From Camelus ferus (lineage: Eukaryota), in NCBI RefSeq assembly GCF_009834535.1, contig NC_045697.1, positions 98,396,001-98,460,000 on the forward strand: DNA of 64,000 nt, given 5' to 3'. This document shows, in pieces, positions 1-13,358 of this stretch (its first letter is position 1; the number at the start of each line of letters is the position of its first letter). The position numbers and the translations under genes are program-made. The notes under the pieces were generated by a model. It did no database searches. It was given only the letters and a program-made list of their open reading frames with translations, and was not told the DNA's origin.

Positions 1-619
1 TGGGCTTTAGACGTCTAGAGGAAAATCAGATAAAAAGTATAAACAGGATTAAGGCAATCTTTTAACAATTGCCTCAAGATCAGCCCAATTTGAAGTTCAT
101 CTCTAGACTATGCAGATTTACAAGTCACCGGGTACTGAGTGTGGCTTCTGACTGATGGCAGATATGAAAGGTTCTATCTGAAGTCAGATCTTTTTCAAAC
201 AATCCGGGTTTTCACCCCTTATTACACTTCGAGATCTTTCTCCGCCTCCATCTGGCCTCCCCTCGGCCTCCCCACCCTTTTGCCCTATTGCCTTTCAATA
301 CTCAAGACCAACCATCTAAAATTCTATTTCTAAAACTTCATAGAAACCAGTAATCTCCTGGAGACTGAAAGGAAGGAAGGGAGGGCTTTTGAATGCTGAA
401 TACTCACAAAGCCCTTATGGATGAATACATTCATTTGTTTAAAAAAAAAAAAAAACTTGGAGGTTCACGGGCCTGCAAGGGATCAAAGATAGACCCTTAG
501 AGGCACGACAGGTGAGACCACAGAGCTCCAGTGCTGGACAGCTTCCTGTCCACCAGCCACACTCACTATGCTTTTAAGGCACTGCCACTGAAGGCCCGAA
601 CAGTATCCTGTTCCTCAGC

Positions 620-990
620 ATAAGTATCACCCAAAGGGCTTGCTGAACATACATATTCCTGGAGCCTACCCCACTGACTGAATCAGTATCTCCAAGAATG
701 AACCTGGGAATAAATAATGAACGTGCCCTCGGATGATCCTTCTGAACTGACAAGTTTGGAAACACTGTCCTTCATTATCTCAGGTGGTTCTTCCCAAAGT
801 GTGTTCCATGCGTGTAGGGGTTCTCATGCCCAGCTGCCTATGGAGTCACCTAGAGAGCTTCTTACACAAGCTGATGCCCCTACCCAGACCAATTCAGTCA
901 GAAGCTGGAGGGTGGAAAGCCCAGGGGCTTTAAGTCCCACTCACACAGCCAACGTTATTCAAATCAGCAGCCACAGATGAAAACCACTCA
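620..990. mobile_element. Two adjacent decayed MER5-like hAT-Charlie fragments
   Basis: MER5-like motifs (atcacc..gggcttgct, actgaatcagtatctc, agtttggaaacactg; gagtcacctagagagctt..gaaaaccact). Boundaries approximate. Confidence 0.55.
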
Positions 991-2002
991 TACGGCACCA
1001 GCTCTGCAAGACGAAACCCAAGGGTACTCAAGGGGAGAATAAGTGTAGAAAGCAGGAGTCCATCAGCCCCTCTTCCAGATTCCCAGGGCAAGTTGTTCTA
1101 TCGAAGCCTCTGGAAGTCCTACGACAAAGGACCTAGTTTAATTTTATTTAAATGTGTCTAAACCTATTTAAATTGCTCTCAAATTTCAATTGCAAAAAGA
1201 ACTTGTTTTGTGTGTTTGCTTGTTTGGTGGCTAAGATGGTTGGTTTTTACATAAAATGAATGAACATCCTGTGTAGTGGGAACACACTTAAATAAAGGCT
1301 GTGGCCCTGTTTTCTGACTGAAGAACTAGCCCTGATGTCCCAAAGCAGTTTGTGGCACCCCCTGTACTACCATTCTGCTTCTACATAACTCCTCATTTCT
1401 ATTGACTGTTTCCTCTTCTATTCCTACGTCTGGATTGTTGGGTTGGCACTGACTCTCCCAAACTTGACTGTGGGTTCTCTGCCAAGGAACGTGGATGAGA
1501 CAGAGCTTTCTCACCCCTTTCCCTTCATTCAAGCTGACTTGGGGGCAGCCTGGAAGAACAAGCCCAGCCCAAATGCAGTGACATGTCTCTAAGTTGTATG
1601 CAAACACATCATGTCCACAGCTTTTAATTTCGTGACTTCCAGGTTCTCCACTCCAAACAAGAAAGGGATGAAAAATGAAAAGAGAGTAGAGATCACACAT
1701 GATCTGAAGTTTGTCCACAATCAGATCCCCATTGCAGGAAAATTAACACAGGAAGGAGGATTAAACCAACCTAGCCCCAACACATGCACACACTTCCCTA
1801 AGCCGGCCAATTTCCTGAAGGGGAGCAAAAGGAAGACATTAAAATACTTGAGGAAAGTGGAGTGAAAAGTAATAGACTCTCTATAAAGAAAAAAGAGCGA
1901 CAAGGAGAAAAGAGAAACAGTGGATTTTAAATTATTTGACATTAAATTTCTCTCCCACTGATACAGCATAAACAATCATCCTGAATAGCAGTAACTCTAT
2001 GG

Positions 2003-2190
2003 CAGGATCTCTCCACATTATTGACATTTTGAGCGGGATAATTATTTGTTGTGTGCACTGTGAGATGTTTAGCAGCATCTCAGGACTCTACCTACTAGAT
2101 GACCGTGGCATGCCCCTCCCCCATGGCATGGCAATCAAAAATGTCCCCAGACATTGACAGATGTCCCTCACCCCAAGTTAAGAAACATTG
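2003..2190 (-). mobile_element. MER20 (hAT-Charlie)
   Basis: Reverse complement matches the recalled MER20 consensus along its length (aatgtctggggacattttt; ctagtaggtagag; gatgctgctaaacatc; caaaatgtcaata). Confidence 0.85.
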
Positions 2191-2446
2191 CTCCAAGGCA
2201 TGACTCCTGTATATAAAACATTATGAAACCCTGCTACCGTGGGGGAAATGAAAAGTTAAATCACAAATCTTTTTTCTGAATGATTTCACTGTGATGAGAT
2301 AACCAAATATGAATAAATTTTTTTATTTCCCAAGATTTTTGTTTCCTATAAAAAATGCTAATTACACTCTTTTAAATCTTTGGTTGAGGGGTGGGGGCAA
2401 TGTTTTGGGAGAGAAGGTAAATTTCTAAGCTGAATCTAAAATTTTT

Positions 2447-2574
2447 AAATAAATTTTATTTTTATTTTATTTATTTTTAATTTTACTTCTTTTTTTAAAT
2501 GGAGGTACTGGGGATTGAACCCAGGATCTTGTGCATGCTAAGCATGCACTCTACCACTGAGCTATACCCCAACC
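2447..2574 (-). mobile_element. tRNA-Ala(AGC)-derived SINE, camelid Vic-1 type (short form)
   Basis: Minus strand reads GGGGTATAGCTCAGTGGTAGAGTGCATGCTTAGCATGCACAAGATCCTGGGTTCAATCCCCAGTACCTCCA plus an A-rich tail; imperfect TSD tcta(a/g)aatttt. Confidence 0.9.
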
Positions 2575-2689
2575 TCTAGAATTTTGTATTAATTACCAAG
2601 AAAGTTGGGGAATTATGAGTTTACTATATAAATGCTAACAGTGTTGCAGGTTAAGAAAAAATAAGCCAAGTGAAAAGGGAAACAACAGG

Positions 2690-3410
2690 CGAGAATTCAA
2701 AATATACATAACAAAGATTAATGTTCAACAAATGAAGAGTCTACCAAATCAATTCTGTAAAAAATAAAAAATAAAAACCACTGAGGTTGTGATAAATAAG
2801 CAGCCAAAAGATATATGCAAATAATCCATAAAAGAGGGCACTCAACAAGAGAATATTGATGAGAACTGGAAATTGTATCACTAGAAATCAAGGAAAACTA
2901 AATACAACATAATTTTTGCCTATAAAACCAGGAATTTTTTTTTAACTAGGAAGATTCTGCACTGATAAGCATGAGAAGAAAAAGACATACATACTGATGG
3001 AAGAACTTTTTAAAACCAATTTGGCAAAATTTAGTATGACATTAAAAAATATTCACTTTGCATTATCTATCCTAAGAAATTAATCCTAATTACTGGAAAA
3101 GCTTAAGAACTCTCATTATAGCATTATCTACTATAATAAAAAATTAAGTATCACCTAAATGTCCAACAAGGATTTTGCAGAGATGACTTGTGGCAATTGA
3201 ACATAGTATTACGAAGCCCTAAAAAGTTACCTAAGAAAAAACAGGTACCAATATCATTCTAAAAGTATGATTACATATATATATATATATCTTTTTCAAG
3301 GGGACTGGTGGTTTACTTTGGGGTAACTGGATTATAGGTGAAATTTTTCAGTCCCATTTTGTTTCTAAATTTTTTGTAATGAGCCTGTATTATTTTCAAA
3401 ACAGTAAAAG
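2690..3410 (+). mobile_element. Highly decayed old L1 (L1ME-like) fragment
   Basis: Degenerate ORF2-end motifs (caatttggcaa, cacctaaatgtccaac) in A-rich context. Confidence 0.5.
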
Positions 3411-4339
3411 TAAACTGATAAAATTTGATTCACTTTTCTAAAAGTGCAGCTCAGTATAGTTTAGACATTAAAATAAACTGGCTTCTCATGCATGTTTTCT
3501 TCAGACTAAGCTGTTGTGAAAACATTCTCTTCGTTTGAAAGTTGATGGACGCCAAGGAAACCTAAACTGCTCTAATTTCGGGGTCATCAGCCCAACCACG
3601 TCAACAACCAAGGGAAGGCAGGTTCTGGAATACCCTCAAAAGGCCTGAAGACATTATTTTTCTCCCTTCTCTACCCGCTCTTGTTTTTTGCCGAATACAT
3701 CAAATAGGCTCTTCTCCACACATCAATAGAAAATCCCAAGCAGGGAAAAGTAACATCAAGTCAACTCATTTACTGAGATAACAAATAAAATAGACTGTGA
3801 ATACTTAGTGTATCCCCTTCCTCATTACTGAAGCCTGATCAGTATTTATCAATTATTACTCTGTTCCCTTTATCATATCAGATTCATGAGACATAAGAAG
3901 AAAGCAAAAGACAAGAAAAGATCTCAACTCTGAAATAGACAGTGATGTAACTAGGAAGTAGAGAAAAGATATAGGTAGGTAAGTAGGTAGGTAGATAGAT
4001 GTGAAATCACTTAGTTCCTAACAATGCAATCCAGAAATTCATAGTACTTAGGACTGGAAGTTACTTTAAATACAACTACTTCTACCTTTTCATTTTATAT
4101 ATGCTTTTGTGTCAGAATAAATAGACAACCATAGGAGGTCATTGTGGACAGATGTCAAAGGAGGCACAAATCTGGGGAGATCCTTAGAATCAGAGTCTTG
4201 GATTAAATTAAGAAATTAAATTAAGTGGTTAAAATGGTAGTGTAGTGCTTTGAGTTATCAAAAGCAGAATTCTTTACCTTCTTTCCTGAAAGATGGTCAC
4301 CGAAGTGAGGCTGGAATTCTTTAAGAATTATCATTGATG

Positions 4340-4700
4340 CCTTCATCTCCACACCAAATTCCAGGTCACGTGAATTTTACTTTGAAAATATCTTTTGCAT
4401 CCATCCCGCCTTTTCTATTCTCATCAATTAGATGAACATAGTAAGAAAAGAATAGCATTAATCCAGGCAGGAAATGAAGATCTGGACTGAGATGGTGACA
4501 ATGAGAACAAAAAGGGGAAGATGGAGATGAAGAAAGACAAAGGACAGGAAGAAACTGATGATTGATTAGATATAAATATGGTGCCCATGTTTTCTGAACC
4601 CCCCAAAATGGGATACATGGCATGAAAATCATTAGGGAACTTTTGAGTTCAATGAGGCAGAGGACCAACTTAGAAAATCCATATAGAGGGATTTTTTTTT
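4340..4700. mobile_element. L2 fragments
   Basis: Degenerate L2-like motifs (aatccaggcaggaaatga..ctggactgagatggtgacaatgag). Confidence 0.45.
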
Positions 4701-5120
4701 AAAGATGAAGATGGCTGGGAGTTATAGAACAGAAGTCAGGATGAGAGAGTGTGGAACCAGGAACAGGAAGACAAGGAAGCCCTCTCTAAACTTTAAGTAC
4801 TTGGATATTTTCTTTTTCTATTCAAGCATGGTCTCTTCTGCTGGAAAGTGCTTTTGTTAAACTGATCCGAGGTCGTTTCCATCCTCATGAGAAATCTGAT
4901 GCAGTATTTCATCCTAAACATTATAAAACTTGGCATTAAAAGCTTCCCAAAGTCTATTTTCCCCTGGAGTCAGGTACCGTTTGTCATTTGCTCACACATT
5001 CCTTCTGGCAGACTGCTTTACAATGATTCCCACGGGCGGCCAAGGGGCTGAGAGCATCCTTCACACATGACTTTCCACTGTGTCCAGAGGCCAACAGACA
5101 CAAGCAGAAAAGCAACTCAC

Positions 5121-5203
5121 CCCGTTATTGATGGCGTCTGCCATTCAGGGCACACCTGTGTTGTCTTTTCTTCTGATCCTTCATCTGGGTTTACAAGGTA
5201 CCA
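5121..5203 (-). other. Candidate spliced exon (83 nt), unknown gene
   Basis: Minus strand: acceptor gttttgtttttcag|TGGTACC and donor AACGGG|gtgagt; purine-rich interior; not repeat-derived as far as I can see. No expression evidence. Confidence 0.3.
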
Positions 5204-6804
5204 CTGAAAAACAAAACTTGAAACTGGACAATAAGTTCTATATTAAAGTGCTCGCCCCTGTGAAACATTGTTCTTTTTGTGTGTTTGCCCACGTCTATCT
5301 GTTCCAGAGAGACGGGGAGTAGTGAGTATACTCTCGGGGTGAAGACAGAAGACTTGTGAAAAAGGAATATGGGCAGTATTTTAACCATCAATATGCTGAT
5401 TGCATTTTCTGAAACAAACAAACAAAAAAAGTTATTTATAGTCTGGAAAGTATTTTTATATTCAATACCACAGAGGCCAAGAGAAAAGGAGTTTTGAAAT
5501 TAAAACTGAAAAATCCAAGACATTGGTCAATGTAGCTATAGAGTCACATAGAAAACAGTCTTTATTTTACCTTTGATAAAAGGTTTTTTTTTTTAAATAA
5601 TAAGTTATTAAATTTGGAAGGAAAAAGGGGAAGAAGGTGTGTATCAGAATGTATATGCATCTTACAGATTAAATTAGCAAATTACTCTCTCTGTTTTTGT
5701 ACATATTGTATGAAGTCTAGAAGAGGAATTTTTCAGATTTTTTGGTCCAAAACACAGCTCTCTAAATACTTTTAACCTACAGCTTAAAACAAGTATTGAA
5801 TACAAACCCAGTTGGAAACTGAAGGAAGTATATACACTTTTTCTGTTGGAGAAATAGGGTGTAGAGAAACCCTAAGAACAAAGCACCCTAAAATAGCAGT
5901 TTGATAATCTTGTGGCTTTGATGGTGGTGTGTTTTATCCTTGGAATGCACATCTGAGGGCAATTACAGTTAGTGGGGGTTGTGGAGACACAAGGAAACAG
6001 ATCTCTAAACAAGACTTTTCAGCTGGTGTCTCTGTGAATATGAGATGAAGTTTCTGGTATCTATTAATAGTATTGATTAAACCACAATGCTTTTATATAT
6101 CCAGAAAGTAGTGTATGTTTTAAATTTTTCTTTTCAATAAAGATTTTCCTGTACCTTTTGGCTCCCCTCTATGGAGGGGACATTTTTCTCTGCTCAAAGG
6201 GCTCCCACCTCTGAGCACCAAAGGTTGGGGGATTTCTGAACCTTGAGAGCAGGCTTTTGTGGTCGTTAAACCCATACCTGCACCTCTGACACCCGTCCTT
6301 CCCCCACGTGACGTACATCTGAGGTGACATACATCCCCTGAGGGAGGTAAGCCTGGCAGCAGGGCTCCCACATCCGCAGCTGTAACAGACCTTGGGAACT
6401 CCGTGGTCAGTGTTGGGGCATGGTCTTGTGTACCACACACTATGATCCCCTAATTTCAAGGAAATGGAAACTCCCACATAGGGGAAATGAGGAGGCAGAG
6501 AACAGGATGCAGACTTAGAGTAACTCATTTTAAAAGGGAACACCCAGCCCTCCTGCGGATCAAACAGGTCCCACCGAGTCCCAGAGAAAACGAGGCATAT
6601 TCTCGAGGTGTCAAAATTCTAGGCAAGGGAAGAGGCTAGCATCACTCACTCAGTACCACAGCCATCAGAGTTACGTCCACACACAGATAGGCTTATGTTT
6701 TACTTGCTGAGTTCAAACAACAGGCCATTTCGATATTCTAGAAACTGTGCCCCCTGACATTGGTCTGTCTTAAATTATCACCAAGCATAAATATCAATAG
6801 CTTC

Positions 6805-7140
6805 ACCTTTCTAGAGGACAATTTGGCAAAACCTTTCAAAAGCCTTTAAAATGTGTATATGCTCTCGGACCCAGAAATTTCTCATCTAGGAATTTGTCCT
6901 GGAAAAAAAAAAATCATGGACTTAAGCAAAGATTTAGCTATAAGGATGTTCAACCTATATTTGCTTATAGTAGTAAAAAACTGAAACAACCAAATGTCCA
7001 GCATTAGGGGGCTAAATAAATTCTACAATATTAGTATGAAATGTTATGTATCATTTAAAAGTAGTATTATGGGAAAATATTTTATGATACAATATGTTAA
7101 ATGAAAAAAATTATGAGACAATATGAACAATATGATTCTA
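6805..7140 (+). mobile_element. Old L1 (L1ME-like) 3' fragment
   Basis: ggacaatttggcaa..gacccagaaatttctcatctaggaatttgtcct..aaactgaaacaaccaaatgtcc resembles the ORF2 end and 3' UTR of old L1s. Confidence 0.75.
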
Positions 7141-8898
7141 CTTGAGGAAGGCACTCTGAAACACGTAAGTAAGCAAAATTTTAAAAATCAAAATCTTCAT
7201 CAATTTGTTAATATTTTGGTGTAGTTTCTGAAGTTTGTACAAGCAATCTGGGCTATTATGAAAAGTAAAATAAAGTTTTTAATTACTACTTTTAAATTTC
7301 AAACAATGAAATATTTCTTCTCCTTTACCACAGCTGTTGGGAAAGGAGAAGAAAATGAACATGAGTTATTTCTACATATATTCTTTTTCATTTAATTTCA
7401 TCCAAATGCAGGGTCAACCCAACTTGAATTGTCTCCTTTTGGTAGAAAGAAGATAATAAGAATGTATATTTTCTACAGGAGGAGGGAAATGCCTTGTTTT
7501 TGCTTTAACTCCTTTATCATTAAAACCCTAGAATTTAGATGACTTCCTCTATTTACTGGACTGGGTGAATGCGAAAGTTATTTTTTTCCAAGGGGAAGGT
7601 GTTAATTTGCATTACCTCTGATTACTCATTCAAAAGCCTCAGCCAGGTGGCTTCTGCTATATATTATGCAGTGAACTGTTGATTATCTGTAGAGACAAGG
7701 ACAGCACAAATAACAAAAATCCACAGAGAATACCCAAACTTCATTTTCGCCAGAAGTGTCAACAGTTTGCCAGAGTTGTTAGCAAGGAACAAAGCTGATT
7801 TGAGTTTTATCTCCCAACTCCCCTCCATCTGCTTGGGGATTATGCTAATAAGAAGCGAGATGACCAGCAGCAGAGGGAGCCCTGGGTAATTCCTAGTCAG
7901 GAGAATTGGTTTCTGATTCATCAAGATTTGGCTGAATTGGAGCATGGACATACAGCTCTCGCCCAATAAGGAGCCTAAATATTCTTTAATATTCATCATC
8001 TAAAATTTTCCACTTATTTGATAACTTGTTTACTAGAGTTTACTTCATTTATGGAACTCAGTTCATATACGACCCCATTTCTGCCCTACCTGAACCATGA
8101 GTACACAGAATAAACAATGAACTCATTTCTCTTGGTCATCCTACCCTACCAAACTATCAGTAAAATTTCCAAATACATGTTAATTGATAGCAATTACCAT
8201 TTCACGTTCCAGATCAATCTATTCAAGCAATACGCAATTAACCTAAAATTGAATAGCCTAAAATTATTAGGCTAAAACTTGGAAGAAAAGTGTGTCTTTC
8301 TGTGACCTTTCTTTGGTCAGTAAAATCTACAGAAATTCTACACTCCTACATATTTACACACTTACATAAACCCTCGCGATGTCCACGACTGGATTTAACA
8401 GATGTCTCTGACACTCCATAGGTCCACATATCTCATTTTAAATTTGAAATTAAGAAAGTTAAGGCAGGCCTGTTTAGACTTTATGAGAAATATCACTTCT
8501 CTAAAACTGCTTTTCTTTGAGGGAGGATCATAAACTGACTAACAAGGATGTTAACCTCATTAACTTTTTAAGATACTTTCCAGCCTCTGTCTTTTTCGAA
8601 ATAACCATAAATTTAGATTGGTGGTTCATATGGTTTTTTTTCCCCCACAACAAATAAGAAGTAAGATAAATTGGACTAAAACTCTTTTATGCTTTACTGA
8701 GTAACAGCCAGTAATAAGGCAGGCTCGGAAAGCAGATTCTAATATCAGATGCATGGCATAGCTTTAAATATCTTCTCTTGCACTGGATAACGGATTAAAA
8801 ATCTGTTCCTCTACTAGGAGATTCCAATTGCCTCTTCCAGACTTTTCATCAAGAACTTTTTGGTCTTTCCTTTTGTGAAGTGGTAAGACTTTCCTCAC

Positions 8899-8956
8899 CG
8901 AGCTGATACAGAATTTGTGTTCCCCTCCCAGGAAAATATTCTATTTTCGCCACAAC
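8899..8956 (-). other. Weak candidate exon (58 nt)
   Basis: Minus strand gtgtttccttag|GTTGTG...CAGCTCG|gtgagg; could be a pseudo-exon. Confidence 0.15.
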
Positions 8957-10669
8957 CTAAGGAAACACTAGGCATCCTGGAGAGAAACTGATTTAGGATT
9001 TGCTGATTTTCAACAATAAAATATTCCCTTTATTGTGAAAATTGCAAACCCTTGTTGCAAATCGGAGTAACCATCGCCTGGGATCACTATTTAAGTTCAA
9101 GAAGTTTATCAGCTTCATAAAAATACAAAGATTAATTTGTATCAAAATTAAAATTCAGGAAAAAAATTACCAACGTAAATCTTTCTTAGCCTGTATACTT
9201 GCTTCCTGACTCAGACTTTCTTTAAACAATCGGATATCTTCTCCTAGAGTTCCGAGTGGTTTTCTTCTGTGGATGTGACTATTTCAAGGCAAGCCTCCTA
9301 GTCACTTCCTCAGTATCTCCCACAAGGCACCAGGTAGGAGAACCAAACCATTAAAACAATACACAATGATTCCTGAAATTCATTTCCTGATTTGGGGGTA
9401 ACTTTTCCCCAAATTTTGTCACATTCTTAGAGCGATAAAAGTACTTTCTACCTAGAAACAATCCAATCAGACTTATTACAGTATTTCCACATCCCATAAT
9501 TCAGTTGCAACATTTATTGATCTTTCGGGACCTCAAAACATCCCTGGCATTTTCCAAAAATAAAAATTTCAAGAAGTAGGGTTGAAAAAGATAGCATCCA
9601 CCTAAATATGAATGAAGGTGCCATTTACGGACCACATACTCACCAGGTAATCATCACTCACATTAGTAAAATAAATTCTAGCTATAACAATAGGGAAAAG
9701 TATGCCCTCTGTGATAAAAATATGATGCCTTATTTTATGACGCAAATTTTTCCAGAGCTGGCACTGTTCTTTTCTTATTTTTATTTTTAACACTGTTCTT
9801 ACTCTTTCACCTCATTTCAACTCATTGGCAGCAGTCCTGGACACCGAAAGCTTCAATTCCACAGTGAGCACATATGCTTATCCCAGAATCAGCCTGAGCT
9901 CAGTGTCAGACCAAGGACTGATTCCCCCTCATGCATGCAGATGCCCAAGTCCCCGAACGTTCCTCCCTTCCTCCCTTCCTCCCCTACTTTGTTCCAGAAA
10001 TTAACTTCTGATTGTTTTTCTCAATCATGGGGGTTGGGAGGGGGAGGAAATTAGAGAACGGAGAGCTTTGTTTGTTCCCCTAACACAGCCAGTGTTTGGA
10101 AAATCATTTCATTGAGAGCACAGAAGATGGTATGCAGTTTAATAATAAAAAGAAAACAAGCTGAAAATATGTGGGTCTCACATCAACTTTTATAAAGAAG
10201 TTGGAAATGATCATTTAAGAAATGAATTAATCAAATGCAGTTGGTGAATTAGCGGAGAAAAAAAAGACTCTTTATGCAACTAAATGTTACCTTAGGTTAA
10301 ACATCTACTGCTTCTCTGGCAATTAGGTGAAGCCAAACTCGTTTCTATCACATACACTTTTTACACTAAACTAGGTCCTTTGCTATTTTTAAAAAATTCA
10401 AAAAACATCCAGGGTAAAGAGAAGATAATTTCACATTCCCTGTGAGGAATATTCCCCTTTAAAAGCTGTGTTACAGAGGCAAAAGGAAATTGGGAATTGA
10501 GCAAAGGTCTTCCGATTTCATTAATTGTTAGCTATTTGAAAAATGCACACTACATCGAGTCTGTTTTTAATTTAAGCAATACTTGGGGCCTGAGATATCT
10601 AGATACCAACTTTTCGCTTGACTTTATGTGCAATCTTAACATGAAAAACCCTAATTAAGAATCTATCTT

Positions 10670-10894
10670 ACTACTATATATAAAATAGATAAACAAGTTT
10701 ATATTGTATAGCACAGGGAACTATATTTAATATCTTGTGGTAACCTACAATGAAAAAGAATGTGAAAAGGAATATATATGTATACGTATGACGGAAACAT
10801 TATGCTGTGTACCAGAAACTGACACAACATTGTAAACTGACTATACTTCAATAAGAAAGAATGCAAATAAAAATAAAATAAATTTTAGAAATTA
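10670..10894 (+). mobile_element. 5'-truncated camelid/artiodactyl L1 3' end
   Basis: gtatagcacagggaactatat..cattgtaaactgactatacttcaata plus A-tail; imperfect TSD aagaatctatctt (10657-10669) / aaaaatccatctt (10895-10907). Confidence 0.9.
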
Positions 10895-11019
10895 AAAAAT
10901 CCATCTTGTTCCTTTCTTCTGCAAGTAAACTTCTTCAAAAAATCCGAAGGATTTCCTTTGCTGCCCTTTCTCTCCTACACTACGCAGGGCGGCTGCACAC
11001 CCCCACCGCTCCCTCCAAC

Positions 11020-11375
11020 TGCTCTCACTAAGGTACCAGTGACCATCCAATTGCTAAATTTTTTAATACCCTCAGTCCTTAACCTATTTACATAGGCTGA
11101 CCCTCACCCCCACAACTCATCCTTCAAAGACTGCACAAGTATGACATCCTCCGTTGAAACCTTACCCAACCCACACCCCAGTGGCGATCAGGGAATACCA
11201 TCCTCTGTGCTCCTGGAGAAGCTTTGCCTGTTCTAAGAGAATTTCCATGCCGCAAGGTACCCATTTTTATCTCCCCTACTGACTATGAGCAATGCCAGTG
11301 CAGAGGGGTTTAGATTTATTTATCTTTATATCCATATCACCCACCCAGTGTCCAGAGTTGGTTGGATAACCATGC
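11020..11375 (+). mobile_element. L2 fragments
   Basis: ctctcactaaggtaccagtgacc..ttgctaaat and tctcccctactgactatgagc are L2-like. Confidence 0.5.
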
Positions 11376-11857
11376 CAGTTTTTTTGATCTCAGGAAGTAG
11401 AGCTCAGAGAGCCCTGGCCATGCTGCCTGGAAGCTCTCTCTCACAGCGTGTAGATGGAGATGTTTTGCCCAATTTCTTTTGAGGCACACTCCAGCCAAGT
11501 TCTCATCCACACATTCCTCACCCCAAACAAAGACGGTCCTATTTCAGACCACTGTGTCATCAATTATTTCAAAGCTCCTTTCGCACCTGAAATGGAGCCT
11601 AAATAGAAGTGAGGTGCATGGTGACAAGGGGGCAGGGTAGGACAGCCAAAGCCTAGAAAGTTTCCAAAATCAATCCACTTTTTCCTGCCTCCTTCTCCCT
11701 CTTATGCAGTTTCATCTCTTTCAGAAGCACTGGCACCTCCTAGCCCTCTAATCAAGACAAATCTTTCATGCAGTAATTAAAATACAGCTCATCTTCAAGG
11801 GGAACAGAAAAACAAAGGCTGAAACAATTAGCTGATGGAGCCAAACAGCATGGTTCA

Positions 11858-11877
11858 CCCCCTCCCGCCCCCACCCC
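11858..11877 (-). promoter_or_regulatory. G-quadruplex-forming motif with GC box
   Basis: Minus strand GGGGTGGGGGCGGGAGGGGG: four G-tracts with 1-nt loops; contains GGGGCGGGA. Confidence 0.5.
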
Positions 11878-12691
11878 TCTCCCTCTCTCTCCCCCCTTCC
11901 TTCAATTGCTTGCTTTTAAGTATTTTCACAGGAAGGAAAACTTCATTCAGCTGAAAGGTAAGAAATGGCGCAGACACTCAGACTAGGAAATAGTTTAATT
12001 GAATTTCATATGAAAAATGCTTAGGACTGTTTAAGACAAACGTCAGTTGCTGGGCTGGAAATGCATTACACAAGAAAGGGAGTCAGAGATACTTGCTGAT
12101 CTGTTATCCTCGGGTTAGAACAGGATACCGCATTAGCATGCAAAGGACACAGGCTAGCAACACAAGAAAAGACAAGCTTTCCCAGAATGAAGACTGCAGA
12201 GTAGAGAGGTACATTGTACTAGTAATAACTCAGAAGGTGGAAAATGAACTTGTCCCTCATAAGGCTGTGTGTGCCTTGATTACATTAGCACTACTTGCAA
12301 TATTATGCAGTATCTTCATTCTTATTGTATTAGATTTTGAATAGTCTATAAAAGGCCAGTGTTTTATTTGGCTCCCTGAGCCACCTGTCTTTTCTACGAC
12401 ATCCCCTACCAGCACATTCAAGCATAAGCGTTCAGGTTTTCTAAAATCTTTTAACCATTGATGGCTGCCAGCAGTCAAATTAAATTCAAAGGGTTTAGTA
12501 GAGCTCCAGGTTTTAGCTATATAATTTACTAAGAATGCCCAAACCTCTTGCAATCTAATTTGCAGTTCAGCAGTGAATACTATTTCCTAACAAAATCTGC
12601 CTGAAATTTCCTTTTGAGGCTGCAGAAAAAAGAGACACACAGAAGAGACACACATGAAGACACCTGTGTGTCTTCCTTCTGGCACCCACTC

Positions 12692-12745
12692 AAAAAAAAA
12701 AAAAAAAAGAAAGAAAGAAAGAAAGAAAGAAAAGAAAAAGAAAAA
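12692..12745 (+). repeat. Poly-A / (GAAA)n microsatellite
   Basis: A-run followed by gaaa units. Confidence 0.9.
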
Positions 12746-12976
12746 CTTGCCAAAAGGGAATGATATACCACATGCAATGCAGGGTGGTGCAGGAAAAAGT
12801 ATCAAGAGAATGGATTTGTTTTTATTGCTAGGCTGTCTGGGCCAGTTCAGCCACTCTGCATCTCTTTTTTAAGTTTAGATTTTTTTTTCACTATCTTCTA
12901 AGTCCAATATTAGTGCTATATTTATAGCTTGATTAGCAACCAACATAGGCTTAACCAAAATCATGGCTCTCTGAAA

Positions 12977-13100
12977 ATAGATAGATAGATGTAATAGATT
13001 ATAATAATAATAATAGATACAGGTTATAGATGATAAATAGGATTGATAGATAGACAGATGATTAATAGATAGCTAGATAGACAGACAGACAGATAGATAC
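12977..13100 (+). repeat. Degenerate (GATA)n/(GACA)n microsatellite
   Basis: Interrupted atag/acag units. Confidence 0.85.
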
Positions 13101-13358
13101 ATGGTAGAAAGACCAATGGAAAAAAACCAGGTTTGATCATTTCCATATCTCTATGGAAGTGGATTCAGTCTGTTTTCAGTGGCAAAGCCAGAGTGTTAGT
13201 TCCTAATCCTGGGGCTAATTTCATTTCTGTCACTTAACCCTGAAGCAGCATTGCTTTGTTCACTCTTACAGAAGGGAATAAAGCAGAAAGTGACTGTTAA
13301 AAGTCCAGAGCTAATGAATAGTGTTGTTCTGTCTTCTAAAAAGATAGCCGTCTCTTAC

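Noticed and set aside
2500..2571. Functional tRNA-Ala(AGC) gene (also 51066-51136)
   Set aside because: Has an A-rich tail, TSDs, and CpG-decay and stem mismatches; a SINE rather than a tRNA gene.
8745..8765. Resemblance of gatgcatggcatagct to the miR-31 3' half
   Set aside because: Seed region absent and no hairpin.
8841..8882. Plus-strand 42-nt exon-like segment (ttccag| ... GTG|gtaaga)
   Set aside because: T-rich interior, unrecognised translation, no partner exons; likely a pseudo-exon.
12580..12872. Hydrophobic or lysine-rich ORFs (also 13425-13819, 38409-38612, 61059-61304)
   Set aside because: Artefacts of translating (GAAA)n and poly-A tracts.
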